Part shown: piece by piece, positions 1-10,600 of the stretch | How the letters are laid out: every line of letters starts with the position of its first letter | Position numbering within the stretch: position 1 is the stretch's first letter | DNA from: Nemertoderma westbladi | Lineage: Eukaryota; Animalia; Xenacoelomorpha | Direction of reading: 5' to 3' | Length of the DNA: 34,877 nucleotides | Assembly (NCBI GenBank): GCA_032718475.1 | Contig: JAUCBJ010007815.1 | Location: forward strand, 1 to 34,877 | Position numbers and translations under genes: made by a program | Notes under the pieces: generated by a model | The model's database searches: none | Told to the model about the DNA's origin: nothing | Seen by the model: only the letters and a program-made list of their open reading frames with translations

Positions 1-357
1 CCAACCGTGACATTTAATATTAATAATATTTTTTTAATATTCCCAACTATGTAAAGTAAATCTTTCTGACTCACTAGATATTAGTATTATTATCTTATGT
101 ATATTATTGAGATGTTACATATAAAGACATATTTTAATATTCATAGATATATAGTGTACTGTATGTATTATAAATAAATATATACTGTAGGTACTGGTAT
201 ACAAATACCTACTGTATGGACGCACAGGACAAGTTGTAGAAGCCAGTACTGGCCATGGTGATAACTAAGGGAGGGAAGGGAGACCATGCTAGCGGAGTCT
301 GTGGCAGCCCACTTGACGGTGAGATACAGTAGTCCAGGGTGTGGCGGCCATAGTAGA

Positions 358-775
358 CTAATTATTGGTTCCTGCTTTAAATCGTTGGCGAGTTTTAAAC
401 GTCTTCATGGCATCTTCTCTGACTGATTGCGAATGTTCTTTTGCAAGATTATTTGCGAAGGCATTGCACACTGTAGTGAAAATAGTAGAAGAATATGAAT
501 GGCGTTGACAGCCAATTTCTAATGATGGACTATTTCCAAGTACATGTTGCAATATAGCAAGTGCTGCTGGTCGAAATGGGAGAGACCGCCCACGCAGTAG
601 TGTCTCCACTTGTGCCAAAATTAAAAAATAATCTTTGACAATCTCGCGGAGATTCGTTGCTGGGTATGTTAATCCCCCTTGATTGAGTAGGTCGAAGAAT
701 GGCCGGTCGGTTGCTCTTGATGAATCCTCAGCAATTGTATCGTTGCATGTTTTACATTTATCAATATGAGCAAAA
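358..775 (-). pseudogene. C-terminal fragment of a P-element/THAP9-like transposase
   Basis: ORF 358-807 contains CxxC (CKTC) followed by LNQGGLTYP, resembling the C-terminal region of P-type transposases. It is on the same strand as, and downstream of, a THAP domain. The catalytic core is missing, and the first ~12 ORF codons probably belong to the inserted repeat. Confidence 0.6.
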
Positions 776-1068
776 GTTGAGATTTTTGAGAGACTTTCAG
801 ACACCATCAGTGCAATGGTCTCCCGCTAGAGGGCCACATGTCTAAACATTAAATGCCCTCCCATTTCTTTGCTTTTAATCCGTTTAAGCTGAAACTTGGC
901 AGATATGTATTAGACCATTAGCTGTGACTTTCAAAGGAGGCGAATCCATCTGCAGTTCTCCAGTCTGCCGCTAGAGGGCCAACGTGACTATTTGCATAAA
1001 TTGACCTACCCCCTAACAGTGTCAATTCGCTAAGGCTCTGCCAACTTCGTGCTGCGCGAAGTCCCCAC
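776..1068. mobile_element. Short non-coding repeat fragment with a terminal hairpin (Helitron/Helentron-like, tentative) sitting between the transposase fragments
   Basis: Hairpin ACTTCGTGCTGCGCGAAGT (1044-1062) followed by CCCCAC. The same ~37-bp end recurs inverted at 34581-34616. Two CCGCTAGAGGGCC motifs (823-835, 968-980). Left boundary approximate. Confidence 0.45.
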
Positions 1069-1353
1069 TTCGTGTATTGTTGGGTAAGCCTCTTTCGTGA
1101 GCGTCGGTCTTTGTTTATTACTGTTGACAAATCTACTGTCAAAATGAAGGATGCATATTTTTGCTGAAGGACCAGGTGTCCAATCACTCACTACCATTTC
1201 CCATGAACACGATCCAGTTTTTATACTGGGCTGAGTCATGCGAAGGGAAACCGAACATAGATATGGATTCAACTGCAGTGGGGACAAACCTCTTCCGAAG
1301 GAACCCTTTTTGTATCCAGACCTGCATCCTTTCACATTACAAACTCCTACCAT
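1069..1353 (-). pseudogene. THAP zinc-finger domain (N-terminus of a P-element-like transposase), degenerate
   Basis: ORF 1030-1353 shows the THAP C2CH pattern: N-terminal CNVKGC, W..P, ICILHF and AYPTI (AVPTIF box). The reading frame runs into an unrelated repeat immediately after that box. Confidence 0.75.
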
Positions 1354-4299
1354 AGTTTATATTATTTTAGTGCCTGAACACTAAATGGTTACCGCGCAGG
1401 GTGATGACGACGATGTCAGATAACATACATACACTATTATAGGCCTATTAAATAACTTATAACGTAGTGTTTTAAATGGTTCTAGAATATAACAAACATA
1501 CCAACTAGGTTTTTTTGGGTAAAAATAATGTAATAATTAGTTAATAAACAGAAATGACTTTAAAAAATTTATTCACAACCACTTAATTATTTTTACTAGT
1601 TATTTTTTATTTAATATTGTAAAAAATATATAAATAAGAAAATTAAAATTGACAGTTTCCAAATAGGTTTCTATTTTCAAAAATAATAACATTGATGAAA
1701 AATACATTTAATACAAGTTTTAATAAACACATAGAATAAAAAAAATTTTGAGAAAAAAAGCATTTTTCCAATTCGCTACTATTTTCAAAAATACTAGCAT
1801 TCATGAAAAAATCAATTCTCCACAAAAAATATTTTATCCAAAAACACGAGCTAGTCAAAAAATACTAGCTACCAAAAAAATTTAATATACATTTTTTGGT
1901 CGCATGATGTTCCAGAAGACAAAGAACACAAGCTAGTACCGTTACAAAAAAGTGGGTGGGTCACCAATAGCAGAAAAGTACCAATAAAAAGAGGCGTTTT
2001 AACTAAAAATTAATAGCTATAATTATCTGATAGAAGATATAGTAATTGTTCTAGAACAATAAAAACAATACTGATAATATATTACATAGGCCTATTATAG
2101 GCAAACAAAGATAGAAAAAGTGCCAAGATGGAAACTTTACCGGTAATGCCTTAATAAGTATACATGCATCAACACATTTAAGTAGCTACAATTGCTTATG
2201 AATTCTGGAATTCAAATATTGTGTACAAGACAACCCATATTATTTACATATAGTTAGTAAATGTCTTCTACCTAAAGTTGTAGTAATCGTTTAAATAAGG
2301 AAAAATGCAAGAATTCCCAATCGATCTAAGCATAGCCTTGTCAAGTCATTTCAAAAAATAATAGTTTATAAATTTGCAGATGAGAATAATATTATTTTGG
2401 AACCTCTAACAACGGACGACTATGCCGATAAAGCACTTTTCACCTCAGTAGATTGTATACATTTCAGGCTAGACTTAACAAATTTTATCTATGGATTGAT
2501 TTTGTAATAGATTTTCCGATTTTCCGAGATTGACTAAGTTCCTTTACAACAAGGAAAACTTCGATGAAGCAAGAACGATTATCAACGAAACAATATAGAG
2601 AACGATGAAATCCTTGGTGAATGTCAGCTCAACGTACGGACAGACAAGCAATCGTTCTTCTAGAAGTAAAATTAAAAGGTAAAGTTTCATTAATAATATT
2701 TCGTTGATACCAGTAGTAGTGACTAAAAGTGCTGAGGAATAATAAATTATAGAAATTGTTGAAAATTATTATAAAGCATGGTTTTGATGGTTACTACGGT
2801 AACCAGGTAGTAAAATAATTTTATAAATTTGTTACAATTATACAAACCAATAATTTTTCATGAAGGTATGTCAGTACCAATAAGAATATTCCAATAAATA
2901 CATATTTAAAGTTGAATACCAGTTGCTATGGCAACCTTAAGTACAAAATATACCCCCCCCCCCCCCACCCGGCGGCGCGCAAGAAATGAAGAGATATTAT
3001 TATCTTGATCAGCATTATTGAATTTCCTAAAAAGAAAAATTCTAACTTTTTATCTGAAATATAGGTGAAAAGTGTATATTTTAAATCGTCGCTGCTGGTA
3101 GCTATGGTAACTAGGTGATGTTAAAACCTACACAGAATATAGGCAACTAACCAAATTATACCTGATTCAAGTTTTGACTTAATCGATATAAGTGTTCAGT
3201 TGTAAAATGCAAAATAAATGTATATATTGAAATTACATTACTGGTTGCTATGGTAATTGGCAGCAAAAAAAATTTCCTCAAAAGGTAGAAAATTTACTAA
3301 TCTAGAATTAGTGAAATTTTTGTGACCAGCAGATAAAGTGGGAAAAAGTTATTAAAGTTGAAAGTTACCCCACTAAATTTTTACGCCTGCAGCAGCATTC
3401 CGGGTCGTGTTATAGTAGGTCATGGTTGGACTATCTCTAAACGTATTCCACTTCGTATTCCACTTATCCCCTTCACTGAATATCCTGCTGGAACTGAGGT
3501 TCTTGGCTATCTTCCCTGGACTTCATGTTTCTAAAAATCATTTTCATATTATTTTAGTTTATTAGTTATATTGTTCTTTAGTGATTTTTTTTATATTGGA
3601 GCAGTCAAAATAAATATGCAAATTGAGTGTTGAAAAAATATATAATTTTGAGTAATTTTGTTATGTTATTTTTACACAATCAATAACTTCCCGAGATGCA
3701 CCAGACTGGCAGACAATCAGCACGACTGCGCATCGTAGTCTGCTATGCCTGCAGGGCCACACAATTGATCAGCAACAAAATTCAACTTGGACTTGAAAAT
3801 GGGTTAAATAAAATTTTTAATTTATTAAATAAACTTATAATTTATTATTATAACAATTTAAATTTTAATCAGAAAAAAAACACAAAATATATACCAGAAA
3901 ATATAGGTAATTCTAAATTGGTAATAAAATGACTTTGCAATATTCTATCACACCCTTTGAAACCCGGGGGCCCATATATGACCCATGCTGGCAAAGGAAC
4001 AGAGTGTTTCGAAAATTTTTTTTTTAGCAAATTGTGTTATTGGGACCTAAAATGACCTGTTAAAACACAAAAATAATTTTTACCATGATGGGAACATAAT
4101 TCGGGTCTGAAAGGGTTTTAACGTTTTATTTCAATGTATTATATTAATAAATACACAACATTCTAGAACACGATATTTTTCACCTGTAACAACACATTCA
4201 TAAATAAAATGTCCCAGATGGTAGTGTGGGGCGAGACACGAATGGCGAGCCATTCGTTTGAATTCCATTGATTTCCATTCCATTGATTTTTCAAAAGTC

Positions 4300-4324
4300 T
4301 GTGTGTGTGTGTGTGTGTGTGTGT
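4300..4324. repeat. (TG)n microsatellite
   Basis: About 12 perfect TG units. Confidence 0.95.
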
Positions 4325-4625
4325 CGGAAGCCATAAATGTTGGAAGCCATAATCTAAATTAATATCTTCAGCTAAATTGTATGGTTGAGTCATTTTGAAC
4401 GGTCTCTCCATGGAAATTAATTATTTAGCACCATACGATTAAAGTTAATTTGCACAGAAATTAGATATCTGGAATCCATGTACCCCATTCCATTATAGTT
4501 TTTTATTTTTTCAAGTGAATTGCGTTAATAAATGTATTTTTAATTGATTTAAACATAATTAACATTGTAAATTCATACGCTGATTCCATTCTCCCCCATA
4601 GAGCCTAAGGCATGGGAAGGGCAGC

Positions 4626-5757
4626 TGTAAAAGCTTTTGCGGATATAACAAGTAATTTTTCTCCGCAATATACCGTGTAGGTGCTTTAGCGGACATAACA
4701 AGCCATTTTCTGCCGCAATGCGCTTAATACTCTAAAAGACTGGAACTCAGATGACGAAATCTGTCAGCTGATTTACTGTAAACGTGGAACCTCTCTTTGT
4801 TCAGCTCGCTCAGCCAATCAGAGCGATTTTCATTTTATGTTGGACAAGGGCCTATGTAAAACCGCGCAATGCATTACGGTCTTTGTTTACCTTTCTGAGC
4901 GAGAGAACTGCTTGGAAATTCTTCTGTACTTCTGTGTGGAAGTTTCAGACTTTGACCTAAACATCAGAAACATCAGATGGCTTTGATTACAAGAACGTAA
5001 AACTATTAACGCAACGCAGCACACCGCATCACACCGCAAGTCAACATTGCTGCACAGCACATGGAACACTGCATAAGCAACACATACTGACTGTTCACCG
5101 CATTATTTGCTTCTGATATTAATTGGTGTTATGTTAATGTATATTGCTGATATATTTGGAGAATACCGATGAATAATCATAAAACCCCACAATCTTTTTG
5201 ATTACTGAAGGTTAGAGGAACAGGTTTACCGGTAGCAACTGCGACTTACATTATAGTGGTTTTTTTTGTGTGAATTAAATGCTATTTCATAATCCCTACA
5301 TGTGTCAGTTGCGATCCTCCTTATATATGATCAAATTCAGTGATGGTCGGCAGATCAGTGTGAAGTAGTGTGAAGCCGTGTGAAGTAGTGTGAAGGTTAA
5401 TAAGGCATCTCCTAAAGAATGCGCTTTTTACGAAACTCAGTAGCCATCCAGTTGTGATTAGTATAAGTCATAACTCTGTTTTATACTTAAAGCGCCACGG
5501 CCTAAAGGAACTGTTAATATTTCCCCGAAAGTAAATATATTGTCAGAGATTATATATTAACGATCAATCGAATAATACAGTAGGTCTACACTGCAATCAC
5601 TATCAAAGCATCCGAATCCAGTCTCCCTTAACTGTGGGTGAATGGTCGCGCACAGGCTGGCTTCGGCTGATGTAACTTCAGTACATTAAATAATTGATAT
5701 ACAAAAAGACAATTAAAATTGGCAGGTTAAACTGCTAAAGGTCTAAAAGCGCGAACA
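4626..5757 (+). repeat. 5' LTR of element A (1132 bp)
   Basis: Direct repeat of 15168-16391 with about 11 substitutions by eye plus indels; TGT..ACA termini; CCAAT box at 4814-4818. Confidence 0.95.
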
Positions 5758-5769
5758 TTAATAGTTTTA
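5758..5769 (+). other. PBS-position sequence of element A, complementary to its own LTR (4998-5009); no tRNA PBS
   Basis: TTAATAGTTTTA directly follows the LTR terminal ACA and is the exact reverse complement of TAAAACTATTAA at 4998-5009. No TGG start. Confidence 0.75.
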
Positions 5770-7261
5770 AACTCTTGATTGCACGTAGGCAATAAATTCG
5801 AATGTACCGGTCGGACGGTAAACTGTAGGCCTAAATACCTAACCACCCGAACCGGTACTTACCAGTACCCAGTATTATTTCGATTGAGATATATTGTATA
5901 TTGTAGGCTGTTAGGGGATTAGGGATTGATCACCCCTTATTCCTTTGTATGGTTTACTTATTTCTGTCAGTTTTATTTATCTGTAAGTGTGATATTGAGC
6001 AGAAGGCGTGTAAGCCTGCTCAAATTGTACAAATAATTTGTAGGCTGGATTGTTGTCTGGCTGTTGTTAAGTCTGAAGCGATTGCAGTGTGTGTAGAGTG
6101 TATGTCCGATAAAGTACTAGTTAGGAAGGTGGGGGCATCCAGTGTTGTAAGGTAAATCCCCCCCCCCCCCCCCCGAAAGAATAAGTCGTACTACTCGGTT
6201 AGAACGCCTACTAACTAACCATTTCGGAGTCTGCATATACTGTAGTTTATTTAGGCTTGCCAATAGTCTGCCAGCATTTGGTCTGTATTTTGTTTGTGTA
6301 GTCTGCACGGGTAGCGTAATATTTAATATTCGCAACCTACATAACTCCCCAAGTTTATTCCTACAGTAATTGTGCTTGTTACACATACCGTTATAGTTAA
6401 ATTAACCCCGGTACTACATCAGGGCTGCTTGGCGTAGGTAAAGACTGGTGCCTTTATGCTCTAGTCACTCCAGCAGATACCGTGGTTCTTTTAGCTGTAC
6501 AAGTATATTTAACTGCTGGTTATTTGTTGTATAAGTATTTGTACCTAATCTAGGGTTTAGTGTACAGTACTTTCCGAAGGTAATTGGTGTGTAGGCAGTA
6601 TATTTGTGTTGTAAAGTGGTTAATAGGCACGTTAGCTCTGGTTGGCTGCGGTAATTAACTTCTAGGTAAGGACACTCCGGGTACATAACGTAGTACTTAT
6701 AGAGCTGTAGAGCTAAAGACTATAAGTCATCAGACGGTGGTATTTTCTTATCTGGACAACGCAATTTATTTACTACTGCTTAATTATTTTCAAATACCGT
6801 AGTTTCCTGTCCGTTTGTAATAACCAGAAATTCTAACTCCTTGTTAGGCTGGTTTGTAGATTTCCTGCAAAATTACCCTAAAATTTGTACGTGTAACTTT
6901 TGTGTTTATTTAGAGATTGTAATCTCTCACAGTAATTGTATGTAATTTGTAGTAATAAGTAACTTAGTAAAGTAGAATTATTTGTTTTAGTGTCTAACAA
7001 GTAGCACTCCACTGAGAGTGTTCAGCTTCTGTGTAGTGACTCCTTACCAGAAATAATAACATTTATTTCAAACATTGACAAAAACCCTTGTACGGGTATA
7101 TAATATATTATAAATCAACTCAAACCGATTTATAAAATAGTAGGCCTGTTATACATCAATTAGGTCTTAATATCGGTTGGACTACTGCTTAATAACAGTA
7201 ATAAAGTAAAGGAAAGTAACCCTAAAATTCAGAAATTCAGTTATTCTAAAATAATTGACAT

Positions 7262-7520
7262 TACCGGTATTTATAATAGGCTTATTATATTTATTTCTAT
7301 AAATTTGGCTGAGATTATATACCCGTATTCTGTAATTAATCCTAGTCTATAATAATACTTATATATACTATAAGTGTATGCTGTATACCGGTATTTACGG
7401 TAGGCTTATTATATTTATTTCTATAAATTTATGCTGAAATTATATACCGGTATTCTGTGACTAATCCTAGTCTGTAATAATACTTATATATATACTATAA
7501 GTGTATACCGGTATTCTAAT
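7262..7520. repeat. Degenerate ~125-bp tandem duplication in the 5' leader of element A
   Basis: TACCGGTATTTA..TAGGCTTATTATATTTATTTCTATAAATTT..CCTAGTCT..TATAAGTGTAT occurs twice. A homologous duplication lies at ~19174-19420 in element B. Confidence 0.8.
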
Positions 7521-7653
7521 ATATTATATATATATCGCGTTACATTGAGTAACGATATCGGTAATTAATTACTAGGCTTACAGTTGATACTGAATTACTA
7601 GACTTGCTTTAACTGTCGTTTATAGTAGTAGGCATTCAACTGTACAATCAAAC

Positions 7654-10600
7654 ATGGCTGACACAAAGCAAACTCTGTCAGATAGTCTCCTAGAAAGAAC
7701 AGTCTGCGACTCAGACAGGAGTGCAGAACATCTGAGACCGAAGTCCAAGTCCCCTCCTACTGTAAGAAAGGTCATCCCTTCAAGTCAAGCGGGACCAAGA
7801 GGCAGCTGTTAAACAGCAGCAACACCCGAACCGAGAACTTATTTCCCAGCGGCCCGATAGCTCCAGTAGTTCAGATACTGTAAAGTTGACACCCGAGATC
7901 GGAGCAAAGATGGCAGAAGCGGTTTATTCGGATCCACTTCGCATTCTTCCTGAAGCTGTACTCACTAGGGTATTGATTGCGGTGGAGGAACATCAAATCG
8001 ATTGGGCGAGAAGTAAGCGATCGACCAAGGACAGTTATGCGGGATACACAATAGAGGAACTGAAGTCTATTGTCGAGACGCAATGGAACTTCCCCGGACC
8101 CGGACTCCCGTTTAACTTATCGGAAGCTGCCTGGGAGGACTTATACCAGATGGGAGTGGTAAAGGACACTAGAGATCCAGCTGTGTGGAAGAGGTCGGCA
8201 GCAGGATATGTACAGGGATTCTTCAGCTCTTTGGAGCGACTAGAGGAACACCTGTTTCAACAACTCCAAGGACCTCAAGAGCAGGGAGAGGTGCTTTATC
8301 AAGTTCGAGAACGAATCTTAAGGATCAGACTAATCCTTTTGGCCTTTGAGGAAGCCTCAAAGAGAAGTCAAGATACGTCGTTGCAAGTTGCCGTAAAGAC
8401 TTGGTACCAACGAGTGAGTCTTAAAGTCCAAGGAACGACCCAATGGAAAATTCAGCTAACTGAGCGCGCGACCCATGGAGAATCAACAGACGCTACCTTT
8501 TCTTAGGTGGAAAGCGAAGTTACATCAGATAAACCTCAGAAGAAAGACGCTATTGACATCTATCTGTCGGACTATCAACGATTTATAGGTAACAAAGAGT
8601 TAAGGAGAAGGCTAGCTGGACTTCCCCCTAATAGTGAGGGAGCCAAATTTGTGTTAGACTCCTTAGATGCCGAAATGTTAGCCGCCAATCGAGCTAAATT
8701 TGAGGAAAGAATCCGCATCGTTAGAGTCCAAGAAGAGCAGCTAAAGAAAAAAAACAAATTAAAGACAGAAAGGCAGCAACAGCGGCAGCGGCAGAAGCGA
8801 AAAGAAAAGCGGCAGTGGCAGAGGTAGAAAGAAAAGCGGCAGAGGCAGAAAGAAAAGCGGCAGCTGCAGAAGCGGAAAGAACTGCGGCAGAGGCAGTGGT
8901 AGAAGCAGAACGGAAGGCATCTGAAGAGACAACCCAACTAGTGTTGGAAAATCTTCAAGAGAGGCAAGACTACTTAAATAAACAGATAACAGCTAGTCAG
9001 ATGCAGATGATAAGTCGATCTACTCCGAAGAGACAGGGATTTACAGCATCTGATGAAGGCGATACAACAGATCCTGAAGGCGGAGGAAATAGATCTCGTT
9101 CCAGCAGACGTAGAAGAACACCCCACCGTCAGAAATTGCCTAATTTGCCCCCAGCTGTGAGAAGGCAACTAGCTAGTGTAGACTTAGGTAGTACAGAACC
9201 CACAAACCAAATTATTAGAGTAGAAAGACTCCCTACTATAGTAGATGAGCCTGAAATAATTGGGCCTGTTCTCGAAGCCACCCCTTCTGTGATAGAGACC
9301 CCTGTACTTCCAGAACCTAACTCTAAATTCCCTTTGCACAGTACTAAACTACCTGTGCCCAGTAGAATAGTCCCTGAATTCCCCCCGGTCCTGGACGCCG
9401 AGCAAGACATCAACGATTTGTCGCCCGTCATCCCTCGTCTGCCCGCTACTATGTTGGCGGCTCCCGCTTCGGCGGTAGAGTGGGTGGATGAGCGACGGCG
9501 GGGGATGGATCTCCTGCTTGGACAAAAGGAGGAACATCGGGCACGTTCCTCCCAACAGGTCCGGGAGTTGGAAGGGACTGTTCAGCAGTTAAAGGGAACA
9601 GTATGAGAGGGTAGGTTAGAACTGCAAGAAGTGCAGCAGAGTATCGTGTTAGAACGCGATAAATTAGTAAATATACAAAGGGGTATACCACCACCCCCTG
9701 TAACAATGTGTCAACCTGTTAGGTCTGAAGTATTTCATGCGCAAGGTGTGGAGCCTACATGCATCTATACTGCTAGTGAAGTAGAAACTCCTATAGTAAA
9801 CCCTATTAAGGATAATTATAAACCTGTTGATAATGATATTCCATATAGACCTGATCCTAATCCGAGAAATTTATTTACCGATAACTCGATATTAAATAAT
9901 ATGATGGCCCAAGAAAGTTTTACGAGTCAAATGGCTAGAACCGAAGCCCGTCAAGCGGTAAAGGTGGGAGAGATCGTCAAGTTCAATGGAGATGAGATGA
10001 AATGGTTACCTTTTAATGAATATTATAAAGATAACATACAGAACTCTGTACTATCTAACGGAGAGAAACTTAGATTCCTCATCGAGTGCTTGGAAGGACC
10101 TCCCAAGTTAATGGCGTTATAGTTTATTGGACATCCAGATGGATTAAGACAAGTTTGGGATACACTAAACATGAGGTATGGTAATAGGACTAACATAGCT
10201 AGGTATTTGTATGCGAAATTAATGGCGCCCCAAAAGTTCCTTAGCAGCGGGATTATAGAGTTTTCCGACGAGATTCAGGAGATCTGTAGACAGTTAGACT
10301 GGTTGGGTAAGTCTCATGAATACCAGAATTCTATGGTTGTAGGAGCCCTAGCATCAGCTTTGCCAAAGGGTAGAGTAGGTACTCGCTGGGACAAAAAGGT
10401 TCTCTATTTGATGGACCAACAACATAGAGATCCAACCATGACGGACCTTCTGTCATTCTTAAACCGAGAGGTAAGATTACAACTCCTAAAACAGTCTATT
10501 GAGAAGACTGCTGAAAGTGAGGTAAGTGAAAAACCTGTTTCTAGGAGAAAGGTAACACCAGTGTGTTATACAGACGACGGCGAAAGCCAAACCTCCCACG

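Noticed and set aside
2380-2678. Exon-like stretch bounded by TTGCAG and GTAAAG
   Set aside because: Stops in the frames examined and no recognisable product; at most a decayed fragment
4102-4121. piggyBac-like right end CGGGTCTGAAAGGG followed by TTTTAA
   Set aside because: No matching left TIR found in the window, and TTAA does not directly abut
5542-5556. GTCAGAGATTATA resembles the group I intron R element
   Set aside because: No matching S element or P3/P7 order found; it pairs better with 5470-5478
6158-6174. Poly-C run (also ~2953-2966)
   Set aside because: Simple homopolymer expansion; only C5 at the homologous sites in B
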